A stretch of DNA of 64,000 nt from Trichoplax sp. H2. Lineage: Eukaryota. Position numbers and translations under genes: made by a program. The DNA is taken from the NCBI GenBank assembly GCA_003344405.1, contig NOWV01000026.1:434001-498000 (forward strand). The letters run 5' to 3'. The notes beneath the pieces are model-generated. The model was not told where the DNA came from. It did no database searches and worked only from the letters and a program-made list of their open reading frames with translations. Below, one piece after another: positions 30,501 to 44,600 of the stretch (the first letter of the stretch is position 1; every line of letters starts with the position of its first letter).

Positions 30501-31541
30501 CTAAAGTCAAAATGATCGTTGCGATGTCTGATATAGAAAATTTACTAAGAGTTGTATTCAACTATTAAGCACAGAGTATAGCAATTTTTTCGCAAAACTT
30601 TTAGTATTTCTACTTTGAAAAGTGATCTGTATTATTGATAACTAAAAATCTCGACTAAATTAAGTTATTCTGTAGCTATGCTAGACCTTTATCCTATTAA
30701 CAATATTCTTTGATCACTAACAAAATGGAAGGTGTTAATTAGAAAATTTTTATCACAGCGAAGACGGTAGAATATGATAAGACGTAGTATACCGATAGGT
30801 TATCAAGTGGTCCGTATTAAATACTGATTTAAATCCACGGAGTCACTTTAAAGTGGTAACGTACCAAAAAGTGACCCAAAAGCTGCTTTTTTATTTATAT
30901 GCAAATTATAAGTGAGATATTCTTTATAGTAATTCAATTGGCTATTTTTATATTTATTTACTTTAACTACACTAAAGGGCCTTTCGTAAATATAAATATT
31001 GAAGTTAGGGTCAGTACGATCGATAAATTGAACAAAAAAGATTCTATAAATTTAACCTAGCATATATATGCACAAAACAACTGTGAAACTGGTAATAATT
31101 TAGAATTGCGCCTGCTTTTTCCGACTTATTACTTGACTTATCAAAATTCTTTGCCCTATTTATCAATCTTGATTTATTATTGTATTTATGAAACTCCACC
31201 TATAATTTGCGTAAGTTAAACTACGCCTCTACTGGTATGATCTCTATCACCGCAGTTGTTCCATCTGTTTAACATTAGTATTTTAAATGCGATCACATGG
31301 ATAATGCTAATGCATATTATAACTTGATCTTCGAGATTTTTTGATCCAATTACGCTTTTGAAAACGACATGTTGAAAAATTCGTAGTAGTATCAGTAATT
31401 GAAGTGAGAAATTTTTTATTTTGCGTCCAAAAATCCTGATAAAATATTGCAATCGCCCTTTAAAGGAGTTTAATCTTAAAATCAATTAATCATTGTAGAA
31501 GTGTGAACAAGGAAAGGCGAAAATTATTACTAATATCAAAT

Positions 31542-34500
31542 ATGCTATCCGGAGACGTTAAAGTTTCTTTAATAATTACTGTACTCCTCCATTTCCTACT
31601 GCAAACTGACGCACAAGGTTTGTATGGCAATAAAAATTATAATTTATATAATTTGTTGATCAATTAAACTTTTGTAGAAATTGCTATGCTATAATAGGGA
31701 CGTAATTGCTTTAAAGTTATTTCTACTTTACATACTAACGATGACATAATTGCTGAAAGAATTCTCTTAAATACAAGAAAGATAATTCTAAATTTGCACG
31801 AGGCCTCAATATACTACGCCTAGAACGCCAGTTGCTCTTGTCTTTTACCCTAGCTTTAATGGTTAGATTAATTAATTATTAGACTAGATACTAGAACAAT
31901 TATGACAAAACATAAAATGTATGTCGTTTAAAGTTTGGTAGGTCAATTTAAAAGCTGTGAGAGAGCCAAAATTATCCGTGTACTATAAAACATACGGTAG
32001 CAAAGTTCTGTAGTCTATCGGAAACGAATTACTTTCCATTTAATGATCAATAAAATGTTTTAAAACTAGAAAACTATCATGAATTCATAGGGATTTGGGG
32101 TAGGAGAAGAATTTTCGAACATGTAGTGGTTATTACCAGTAAATAAGCGAACTATATTCTACTAATAGTTACTTGTATATATGGATTAGTTCATTTTCCT
32201 AAGCAACTATAATTCTCAATTATTAATTACAGGTTAGGGTGGTAAAATCATACCAATAGCTATAATGCGAAATTTTATAGATCGATTTATCAAAATAAAA
32301 AGCAGTAGTTATATTTTTTTTTCAGAAAAAGATTAATATCAAAGTTTAATCTCCTGTTTTCTTTCTAATTTATTATTTACCTCTTAAGTGGTGTGTATAA
32401 TATCTTCATCGAGATAAATAATTTTTAGATTACGAAGTATCTCAGCATCAGCTTAAGAGTTTCATGCATACTTAGTGAAGACCAGTGCATGCTTTTAAGC
32501 GATGTAATAATATAAATGTTTCGTCATGCTTTTCATATTATTCGTATCAGTTATTTGTTAATATTGCTAGTTTTTTAAGTTGCTATTTATGTCCTTGCAG
32601 TTGAAGCCTTCTCTTATGTATTGATACTTGATCCAACACTAATTTTTTATAAATAATATACGACTAACATTTATTATTAAAATTTTTGCTTATAGTCTGC
32701 ATGGGACAATTAGGCATCAGCTCTGGGGGAGTCAGCAATGAACAATTGGTTGCTTCATCATTTCGCAATTCCCTAACAAGCCCTGTGTACGGACGATTAA
32801 ATGACGCAAAGGGCTATGGCGGATGGTGTGCGGCGACATCGTACGATCAATTTATCCAAGTAGACTTACTTGCGCCAACATATATCAGTGGAATTTCGAC
32901 ACAAGGGCGTAATTTCTACATTGGACGTGAAGAATACGTATTGGATTATACGGTGGCCTATGCAAACATATCTGAGAGCTGGGTAGTGTACCAAAACGGA
33001 CAGGTAATGATTTCCTCATATACTTCTTTCATAAATTAATTACATCAAAATTCTTAAAATTTATAAAATGATCATGCACTATTCATAATTGATTAATTTT
33101 TTCAAAAATATCAGTAAAACATTTCTCTTCTACCGTTTAGCTTGAATCTTTTAACTTTGAGCATTTATTTATTTACCAGCTTAAATAAGTAACCCATTAG
33201 TGGCATTTTCAAAGTAGAAATGATACACAATGTAGTTAAGTAAATTATCCTCTAGTTATCAAGTTCTAGCTTGTAAAAGTGCCGTATACCCGTACTTTAT
33301 ATCTCTCAATACAATATTATCTTGTAATGCAAATGCGATAAGAAATACTTAAAGGATAATAATGACGATCCTAATGAAAAATTCCATATTAAATTTCATA
33401 ATAGTTACCGTACTTGATAAATAATTATTCAAGTACATGTTTTGATGATGTGAGTACTTTGTCATATTAAAATTTAATTGAATACTGATGAGTATTAATA
33501 AGAATATCTAATTGAATGGTCGTCGACCCACTATCACAATACTATTGCATATAAAAGACTGACTTGTCACTTGTAGAAATAAAATACTATTAAATAAAGG
33601 GTATGCGTATGAACACTAGCTGATTGCACTCTAATTTGTAATCTGATTACTGAATACGAATATTCTTTGCTATATTCATCATTTAGCGAATAACTGCTAA
33701 CATAAATGCTGACACTATTATTAGCAATATGTTTAACTCACCTATACTCGCAAGATATGTCAGGATTTTCCCACAACGTTTCTTCGGTGGTTCACCATGT
33801 CTGAGATTTGAATTACTAGGATGCTACACAAACGGTACCGAAATTATTATAAATAGATATTAATAATCTTATTATGGAAATACTTTGCAGTTCATGTAGA
33901 TCTTCCAATTCTGAACCTTTTCAGTATTTTTACCGTTGAGTGAAAACACCAAATAGAATAGCATAGCATTGCAAGAGTTTAAATTAGATTGAATTACTAT
34001 TCAATCAATAAATAATACAATACATGTAACAGACGCAGTATCGCATTTATTCTTCTATAATAAAGCCACAAATTATATATATATAACTGAAATTACAAAT
34101 TCATTAAAATTTCGGAAGCTTTTTCACTTTGTTACATTACAGTTGTGGTTCTATAATTAAGTATAAGAAATATTTTGATTACTGTCATAATCGAATGGTT
34201 TTAAATTTCTATTATAATAAATATTAACGATTAAAGAACCTTGTGAAGGAGATCTTGGGATGCAAGATGGTTCAATTCAAGATTCGCAGTTATCTTCTAG
34301 TGGTACCTCAGTACAAGGTGCAGGAGTAACTTATGCTCGTTTGAATGGACCAAGTGCTTGGTGCTTAGTTGCAAGTACCGTCAGTCCTGGCACTCATTAC
34401 CTGCAGATTGATCTGTTGCGGCCAACACGTATTGTTGGTGTTGCTACACAAGGACAATCGAATTCATTTGTTCGAGACTACGCCGTAGGATATTGTACTT

Positions 34501-37500
34501 CCGCACAAGAAAGTAGTTGCCAATTTCATCTCGATAACAATCAAAATCAGGTTAGTGAATATTATAATTATCAATTATTTTAGAAATTAATTATTATGAT
34601 AGAACTGTAACTAAAATGAAGTACATTTACCTTACCGTTCTAGTTTATGTAAAGCAACCATGTATTACTAATCTAAGTTTATCTGCTACAAAGATAAACT
34701 TATGCTACTGACTAGTATATGAATGGGCATACCTATATAACAATAGGTTATATACCTGATTTTTGCCAATCCTGACGATGATATTACTTAGGTTTAATCA
34801 TTATGCCCCGAACATAAATAATAGTAAAATAAATGTAACTATCTTTCTTACGTAGATTATTACAGGAAATACCAATGGAGACACAGTGAAGTTTCATACT
34901 TTAAATCCAACCTTCGTAGCAAGATTAGTTCGAATATACCCGGTTGACTTTAATCAGGCGCCTTGCATGAGAGTAGAGTTATTTGGCTGCGAAATTGGCG
35001 GTAAGAAAATTAACTAGAAATAGCTTCTTCTTGTACATGCCTGAATAGATTTCACTAAAGACTTAGAGAAATTTCAGCCTAGACGAAGATAAAAGTAAAT
35101 TAGAGACCTAATTTATCATTTTCAGGTTTTATCTTACCATTTTTATCGATTTCACTTTTACTCATATTTGGTTAATAAACGGTACTCATAAGAAGTTATT
35201 ACTGAGCCGCTGTACATTTTGACACTTCATAATTACTTTTTTTTGCAAATAAATCGAGAATAGGAGGGATAACTAGCTACAATACGACATTGGGTAGTCC
35301 ATCGCAGACTCCAAGTTATCTTGATAGTACATATAGTGGTACCGTAACTTCATTAAGTGGCAGTAGAACTGCTTACACCGGTGGTCGTGGAAAATTAACA
35401 GATGGTATTTTGGGTTCCGATGATACGAGAGCTAATAACGGTAATAATTGGATCGGTTGGCATAAAACGACGTATCCACAACCCGAATTATTGATTCAGC
35501 TTAACGCTGAATTGGTTTTGTATACTTTGAAATTTTACATAAGTCACTATCCCGCTCAAGATACCTCGGTATTTGAAATGGCCTATGTTTCATTCAGTAA
35601 AGACGGTTATCGATTTGGCCCAGAGATTAAGTATACTCCAGTGATTGGATTTAATACCACAACGAAAAGAGCCGGTTACATTACTTTAGGAGTGGTTGGT
35701 AAAGCCTGCATAGCCTTAAAATGCCGATTTCAACACGGATCGCAGAATCTCTTGCTCATTAGCGAACTTGAATTGCAAACAATAAATAGTAAGATAAAGC
35801 ACATGTAGTTAAATAAAAATTAGCATTAATAATACCAAATATCTTGAATCAGCTATCGCCTACTATCCGAATTTAACGAATTTTACATTAATACCTTACA
35901 TTATGTTATGGTCCTAGTAAAAATTTGTCATTCTCAATAATATGCATGTGCGATAATTACGATGAGAGTCCAATTATTACAGTAATCTAAGCTTGATAAA
36001 TAAATATGTATGCATTTATTTACACGATAAATTAGGCGATCAAACACCTACCATTTCCACTGCTGGCAATAATATAACCACAGTTTCTACTACAACTTCC
36101 CCTATCACGACTTCATCTACTATTGCTCCATCAACAAGCGTTGCAATATCTACCACTCAAGAAGGAACTACCGCAAAAGTTTTTACCCCGGTGCCAACAA
36201 CACCAACAACAACAAAATCCGATGCTACGACATCGACAGTAGCTTCTACGACAATAACATCAACGACCAGTCAGCCAGACCCTACAACTGCTGCGGCTAC
36301 AACACGACCAATAACCCAGCGTAAGTATAATTTAATTTGGTTTTACATTATAATATCTATAAAAATTATATATCTTTATATTTTATATTACTACAATACT
36401 ATTAATACTTCAGATTTAGACTATAAAATAAGTTTCGCCTATAATTTTAAAATGAGCATAATTTTAAGCTCATCATTCTGACTACAGAAACGGAATCAAC
36501 GAGTGCAGCTCCAGCAACTACTTCGACAACTCAAACAGCAACCACTTCGACAACTCAAACAGCAACTATTGAGACTAAAGAAACTAAATCAACAACAATT
36601 GGTACATTTGGAAGTGCTGATACAGGATTCAGGACAGCGACAAGAGTTGAAGATATCGTGCTTTACGTTTTGGCTAGCTTGTTCTTTCTTGTGAGTTTGA
36701 TCCTTTTAATTTGCGCTTGTAAAATTAGAAGACGTCACAATAGGATATACTATGTTCCGAATACTTCAGCGTTTGAGCTAACTCGGCAGCAAACTACCAA
36801 ATCTATTCGAAGTGAAAAATCTGATGGCGAATCAACTGTTGCTAAACGAGGTATTGTAGAAATATGAGCTGAAATAATGTGAGATCACCATTAAAATTAA
36901 TTATCCTATGAGTTAAATATCGTTTTGCACGATAAATGTGTCATTTTGAAAATATTTCAATTCCATGTTAGCCGCGTGCGCATCTGGCCTCTGATTTGCT
37001 TTTCTTTTCTTTCGTGCATTGTTTGCTAACACAGGTTCCAGTCAGAAGTTCAATAAACATACAGATTTATTGATAGTTCATCAAAGCTCTGCGCGCAACG
37101 AAATTTATTTTGAGAATGTTCAAGGTGTTTGTGGTAATAACTTGTACCAGGTAAATGCTATGCGTCAATATCTTTTCTATCATCGCGCAGAAGAGCAAGA
37201 ATTTCAGGATAGCCAGTTTAGTGATAAACAACTAATTGGAAATGGAACGTTCGGTCAAATTTACACAGCAGTGTTGAAACAAGGAGACGGAGAGGCTATT
37301 AGAAAACAAATTGTTAGTATTAAAATATCTAAACCTGATGTAGAGGATTGTGTTGAGGATCAGGTCAATATAGAAAAAGATATTTTGTCTCGCCTTCGTC
37401 ACGATAATATTGCTCAATTCTATGGCACCATTACTGATGAATCACATCTTACAACAGTTGTTGAATACTGCGAATATGGTGACCTACATCAGTTTTTAGT

Positions 37501-38062
37501 AGCCCATTCCCCAGTTACCAAATCTGGACGTCAATCCATCTGTGAGGCTTTGCATGCTGGAACATTAACAGAAATAGCCTCCCAAATAGCTCTTGGGATG
37601 GAATATCTGGCTAACATGGATATTATTCATCGCGATCTGTCTATAAGAAACTGTTTAGTTGTGGATAGATATCATGTAAAAATCAGTAATTTAGCTATGT
37701 CGAGAGCAGTACATTCAGCCTCTTATTGCAACTTTGAAAGTAGAGCTAATTTACCGATTCGATGGATGGCCCCTGAAACCATCGCACTCGGTGGCTACAC
37801 TAAACATAGTGATATTTGGTCATATGGGGTTACGTTATGGGAATTATTCACTTACGCAGACTTTCCGTTCGAGAATATGAGTGATCAACAAGTTATAGCA
37901 AATGCGTATCGCATATTAAAAGAAAGTAAATCCAAAAAGATATTATCGAAGCCCGAATATGCGAATGACACAATATACGACATCATGAAGAAATGTTGGA
38001 TTAAGACTCCGGAGAAGAGGACAAATTTTGGCGAGATCATAGTTCGGTTACGTAAAAGCTAA
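31542..38062 (+). CDS. Discoidin domain receptor (DDR)-like receptor tyrosine kinase 1: signal peptide, two F5/8C discoidin domains, DS-like domain, Thr-rich stalk, TM, atypical kinase domain
   Basis: Exons 31542-31617 (signal), 32696-33003 and 33687-33834 (discoidin 1, GRL..GGWC..TQGR..ARYVRI..CLRFELLGC), 34237-34550 and 34856-35000 (discoidin 2), 35264-35788 (DS-like, GGRGKLTDG..WIGW..LLISE), 36036-36320 and 36488-36850 (Thr-rich stalk plus TM IVLYVLASLFFLVSLILLICAC), 37035-38062 (QGVCGNNLY DDR-type juxtamembrane motif; GNGTFG, VSIK, HRDLSIRN, LPIRWMAPE, SDIWSYG). Confidence 0.93.
36512..36566 (+). repeat. Coding 24-bp tandem repeat (ATTSTTQT x2) in the mucin-like stalk of RTK1
   Basis: cagcaac(t/c)acttcgacaactcaaa repeated twice in frame. 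Confidence 0.8.
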
Positions 38063-39548
38063 ACTTCAAGCGGGACCATGCGATGATAATTATTATGTAC
38101 AGACTATCAAACTTCTATATATTGCGAATTGTTCGCTAAATTATTTTGTTAAGAAAATGATATCAATCATTACTAATTATTTGCAATAGGCTTGGATATA
38201 TTGAATTTTGACAATTTGGACCTAATATTATTATATATGTACTCTGTTTTGATTTTTGCTTGCTTCTAAAATTTGACTTTAATGAAACTATAAACTCGTT
38301 TACTTCATATACACATAATATCATAGACCAGATAGCATGAGTAAATCGGATGGCATTTTAGTATTAACGTCAGTTTGTTATTTTAGACATTTAATGAGTT
38401 AAACAACAATATACATTAATAATAGGTGTATGTATTTAAAGGATTTGTTTGAATTGCAGTATGTTTATTACAGTGTGATCAATATCTAATTTTAGTCAAA
38501 CAAAAGCATAAAATACTTTTATCGGTGATCATTGCATTGCCTCTGATATCATATACGCGTATGTTCATGGAATTAGTAATATACACGTATTGCATACACA
38601 ACTATTAGTAGAGTATTCACCTCACTGAGTAAGATTTTTAATTGATAATACATTTATTTGTTGGCAAGATTTTCAGAAATTGCAGTCATGAGTCAGTCAT
38701 GACTGCACTTGTTTTTCAAATGTCAGTACTTATAGCCTCATTTTTTTCCAGTAATGGAGAGATTATTAGCATTACTATGTGAGCTAACACTCTCTAAATG
38801 TAATGCTGTACACATGCGTAATACGTAATAAAAGTAGTATGTAACCAAAGTAATACACGGTCTATAGTCTACTTACCATATACGAGCATATGAGTAAATT
38901 TATGTACAATAGATTGTAATGTGAGTGTGAAGAGAGATAATAAAGAGGATTGTTATATATATGGATGTACTCTTTATTTTACGAAGTATAATATTTTAAT
39001 TAAATTCTTAATCTTTATATTATAAAATGTTATAAATTGCTTTAAAGTTTGCAATTCTTAAAAAATTTGCGTTCAGTTTAATTAACATTATTAACCAACA
39101 ATTTCTAATATAGTAATTATATTAACAATTATCTACTGTAATATTAGTATCACGATAATATCTACTATTAGAAATTTACCTATGTTAAATATAGCTATTC
39201 ATACAATTGAATTTGTAGTGCATCACTAAAAATTCATGAGATGAATACATTAGTTATTAATAGTAAATGTAACTCTATTTAGTCTTAACAAATGTGAATG
39301 ACGAGTTGACCATGTGGAATTAGAGGATGATATAACATGAAGTTTCGCTATTTACTGCTAATATTGGATTACTTAACTTTAAAATCAGGTTGTCATAGGA
39401 GTTACCAGGAAATATTAATTTCAAGAAATTGTCACTGTTGTAAATAAAATCAAGCAGGATAACATCTTTATAAGTATAATATTTTCTAGTACTATTGGCT
39501 TCTTATAGGGGTATTAATTTTAGACAATTTTTTTGGTTTGATGAAGTA

Positions 39549-39645
39549 CTAGTACAAACTCCATCGCTTTGCTGACGGTTTACGATAATGTTAGGGTTTG
39601 TTTATAATTAACAGATAGTATCACCATATGATAGACCTGCCAGAG
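39549..39645 (-). mobile_element. Helitron-like 3'-terminal fragment, copy 1
   Basis: Minus strand reads ...aaaCCGTCagcaaagcGATGGagtttgtaCTAG|T: a GC-rich hairpin ~8 nt before a terminal CTAG followed by T, which is the canonical Helitron 3' end. About 95 bp is shared with 48497-48584. Confidence 0.6.
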
Positions 39646-41675
39646 GTTCAGTAACTTTATACCGTGTATGTATGCTATACAAAAGTACTTACATACGTTC
39701 AGTCCTTACTTTTTCTACCTTATGACTCTAATAAAGCTGAAAACATGAAATTTCGAAAAAAAGCTTCTAATTATGAAAGGTAGCAAGACCTTTGAATCTA
39801 GGTGATTTAGATACTCGCGTGAATTTTGGTTCTTCTGCATACTAGTATAGGAGTCCGCGTGTTGGAAGTCGAACATATAAATATGTCCTTATCTACTATC
39901 TACACGATACTATGTGTTGTGACAAAGAAGAATTTCGTTACGCGCAAGTAAAGCAACAATTAGGATATGATACATTTCAAAATGCTACTTAACATATGAT
40001 CGACAAAAACCACTGGCGCCTAGCTGTCCTAATCTTCAGTTATTAAAACTTTTCTCATACGTAGTAAGTATCGTATTACAACTGGTCACACAAGTATAAC
40101 TTCCGTTCAACACTTGAGGTAAAATGAGTACGTGGCATTAATAAAGTGACGATCTTGATACGATTATACTAGCGGAAGTGGCTTAATGATCATTTTAAAA
40201 GGATAATAGTATTACTCTTTACCTGTAAATCTGCATGTAAATAGCTAATAATTAACGTACTTGTAATGTGTACGGCGTTATGTGTCTGCGTGTCGGTAAT
40301 GTGAGTCATCAGTTGGGAGAAATTACTTACGATACATTAGTGAAATGTATTTACAAGCAATTACAGCATTAGTAATGACTGGATTACACTATATACATGC
40401 ATATATTATACTAACTATGCATAATCTTATTTACGCTATAGGAGTTCAGAAAAATACGATTTGCCTGCAATCAGATATATTACTCCAGAACGAAATCCTA
40501 AAACTGAATAATAACGAATACTTTGTACCAATCGGCAGCTCGAGCAGTAAACAGGTTCTGAAAAGTTCTCTTATTACCTGTAAAGGAAAATACCGCAGTT
40601 GTTACTACTATATATGCATACTTATGTTTGGCTAGTAGCACATTTACCAACCAACTGGAACCTGATGAATCAGAAGTTTGAAATTATAGCACATACTATG
40701 CACTTCATTCACGCCTGGTGTTTTATACAGCCTCTGTCCCTGAATAAGTCCATAAAATATTGATTGTGTGCCTCCAGCAGCGATATTAAATAAACATTCC
40801 ATGGTAGGAACTGAATAATAACTTATCATAAAATGACAACATAGTCATGATATTTGTGGAAGTTACTTTGAAATGTGTATAGCTTTATAGTCTTTATTGT
40901 TTGTTATGGCCTGTTGTCTACGAATCCTTGAGGTGTAGAGACATCCACTGCTATATAAAATTATTTCTGTACTTTTATTCGTTCTTAATTTGAACTTTTA
41001 TTTTAATCATAATCAAATTTTAAAGACTGATGTGCGCCAGGATTATTTTTATAGAACATTTTTAATTAAAGACTGCTCTTGGAAGGAATGCTTTTTGATG
41101 GTAATTTACCGAGGTATGCGTTGTATATATATATACTCACGTTCGTTACAAGGAAACTAACAATTTCTCGATAACAGCAAATATCTTCTGTTCAAGTTAG
41201 TGTTCGGAAGCAACTTAACTGGTCACCTCTACAAATATATTACTTTTCTGCATTTTCAGAAAATAGGTTCACGTTGACGTAGTACAGCAACTAGCTTCGT
41301 GCTTTGAGTAAAAGTAGTAAAATTTAAGGCTCTTTCATACTATATAACTTATGCGTACTTTTTTGTTGATAAGGTTTTTTACAGAAAAATTTTGTGCGTT
41401 TATACAGTAAGACAGACGTGAGTCTTTATTGGTTGTATTGAACAACGATCTATAGTTTGTGTACCTTGTAAAGATTTGCGGTAAGCTAATTTAAAAACTA
41501 AATGATTAGGTCCTTTGACAATGCTTGATTTTTTATTGTATTAGATTCTGATTAATCCTGGCCTCATCTATACCGATTACAATCTATGTAGCCAAAATCG
41601 GTGCCAATTCTATCAAATCTTATCACAAATATCAAGTAGCTTAATTATTAGGAAATATTTCGATCAAGAAATAGC

Positions 41676-44600
41676 ATGATATTGCGAAAAGCTTTGGTGT
41701 TTGCTACAATTTATTTAATTATAGCCCCTCGGATTCATGCACAAGGTACCGTAGGTAATACGATACTGCATATTTTAAAAAAGCTTGTATTGATAAAGAT
41801 TTTGATGGGAACGATCTACTAATCACGGTAACCGTAATCAAAATCAAGTACTATCTGGCTATATGCAGAGGCCTTATCTGCATCATACGCCATTTTAGCC
41901 TTCAACTGTAAGACTTCTGTACATTTTGTAATTATGATTACGGTATGATTGACAACTATATATTAGTGTACTATTTACGCGGCATGTTTTTGTCTCCATG
42001 TCCATATGCAAATTCTGTTGCAATACAGTCAAATAAATAAACTACAGTAAAAGTTGTATTCAGTAATTATAGCTGGAATTTAAAAAATGACAATTAAGTT
42101 ACGCGAATTATCTCTATTTTAATTGCCTTTGCTGACTTTTATTAACTGGCTCCATACATGTTATCTGCATTTTACAACCATATTCAGGTTGTTCTTATCC
42201 ACTGGGAATGAACAATGGAGCCATTACTGATAGTCAGCTGTTTGCCTCAAGTGTTGATCGTGAAACAAGTTCAGCCCAGCATGCAAGACTCAATCAAACC
42301 AGTGGCGATAAAGCATGGTGCGCCAAATCACTTACTAGAAATCCGCAATTACAAATTAATTTAATTTATCCGACATTAGTAACTAAATTAGCTATTAGTG
42401 GACGCAGACAGGAATATGTTTCTGGTTTAATAATCGAAATCAAGACGGCCCCCAATACTAATTATAGTAATTATAATCAGGGCCGGGTAAGTTTTCTGAA
42501 ATTCATATGGGTATTTAATTATGGTAGCAATAAATCTTACAGATTGTTGGTGTGATGTATAGCAAAAATTATGAATTAAGTAATTAATTAATAAATAATA
42601 ATAAATACTTAAATAGTGCTATTAACACATTATAACTTAGACTAAGACCCTGTAAATCTCGCACTGTCGAAGAATTTGTTAGAAAGGGTTGAAATATTGA
42701 TTTAGTTCTTAATAAATATTGATAAAAATACTAAAATAGTTCCATTAATATATTATGATCAAGACCTTGTAAATGTCGCGCTATCGGAGTAGGGTTGAAA
42801 TATAAATTAAGTTCTTATTAATTAATTATATATTCACAGGTTATTACTGTATCGCCTGTTGCTGGTATTGGTATTGCGTATATTGACTTAGTCCCTTCCA
42901 TTTTTGCCTATGAAATATTGTTCACTATCGTAGAGCACGTCGGTGGTGCTCAGTGCATGGGAGTAGAATTATACGGGTGTTACTTAATGAAGGGTATGAT
43001 ATTGTATAAAGATTGATAAATTTACGTGTTTACGCATACATCAGTAGCGCGTCTACTTAAATACGAATGTCGATTTCTTTGAATGAATTCTAGCAGTTTT
43101 AGAAGATATGTTCTTAGTTACCGTACGTCCGCAACGTATCTTTCTAAAATAATTTTAAGTCGCTGTTAACCACCGCTTTATTATGTTAGGAAAAGTGAAA
43201 TATTATAATATACAAGATGGCAACGACAACCATTTTTACGATTATGACTATAACGGAACTAAATCAACCCTTGATGGCATAATTTATCTTAGCAATGGTA
43301 TTGGTAAGCTGACGGACGGTACTTTGGGATCTAGTAAACCATCAAGTATACTATCGAACGAATGGATAGGATGGAGTTCTGTAATAGTGTCAGTCCCCAC
43401 TTTAACGTTCGCTTTTGCTACGGAACAAATCTTCTATCAAGTTTATATCCATTGTCTAATATCATATCCATTCACCTTATTCAAATATGCGAATCTGTCA
43501 TTTAGCAATGATAGTTCTGAATGGACTAGACCTGTCATTTATTACGCTAACAAATCCCCTACAATTACGAGTGAGGCCTTTTTCATCACCCTTAAATTGC
43601 ATAACGAGACCGGACGATATATCAAACTAGAGCTTGCTTACAGTAAATCCAATGCCTGGATTGGTTTGAGCGAAATTTGGTTTATGTCTAGAGAAGTCAA
43701 TGGTTAGTAAGATGTCATTATTGCGTAAGGGATCATTCATGGTTCCTCTGATTCGCTAATTAATTTCGCATATACGTATGTATGCTACCAATAATTGCCT
43801 ACAGCGCATTGTACGAGTATTTCATGCTTCTGTGTAAATTCTTTACAAATATCCCTTGCACAAGTATCTCGAGCTTTTTGATATATTACATGTAGTAGTA
43901 ATGCACTGTAAGAAAACTCTTCCGGGAGCATATCTGGCTCAGCTCAGTAAATTAATCGAACCAAATAGCGTTATATTACCGTAGATAATTTTATTAATAT
44001 GAACCTGTTTTAGGAAAGCACACAATGTAGTAATATTTTACTTGAAAGTTATTACTCGCTTAGATTTTATCACGGTAAGCTCTGCTATGAAGGCTATAGA
44101 CTAGTAAGCATATTACAGCAATACACGTAGCTATATGTTTAATCGGAATTTTAGTCAAAATAGACGTTTATGTACTCATATTACTATAAATTAGTAGAGA
44201 CTTTGATAAAGTTCTTTTACGAATACATTAATTTTCCTATATTTCGTAATTTTAGAGACGTCTTTCAATACAATTACGGTGCCAACTAGTGAGAGTCGTC
44301 CTACTCGCACGACTTTGGTATCAACTACCGCCTCAACGGAAAAACCAAGATTAACCATGAAGTCAACTAAACCTCCTACTATGGCGACAACAGCTACTAC
44401 TCGCACCGTCGTTACTATAGGTAGATCCAGGAAGTTATTCACCTACTTATAATTACTATACGCATATATTTCTTCATAATAATAAAGTAGTTGAATTAAT
44501 TATTATTTATTTTCAGTTGCGCGCATGTAGTATAATCAAATGTTTCTTTGCATTAATCAATCATTCACTGATTTAACAAAATATCGTAGTCGTTCAGATC

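Noticed and set aside
36503..36694. Gln/Leu-rich ORF MQLQQLLRQLKQQ...
   Set aside because: It is an alternative frame of the Thr-rich RTK1 exon; splice phases support the Thr-rich frame.
40345..41113. Exon-like pieces (40442-40554, ~41025-41113) and ORFs 40345..40635 and 40644..40829
   Set aside because: No recognisable protein similarity and no consistent spliced ORF. They may be 5' UTR exons of RTK2, but this cannot be supported from sequence alone.
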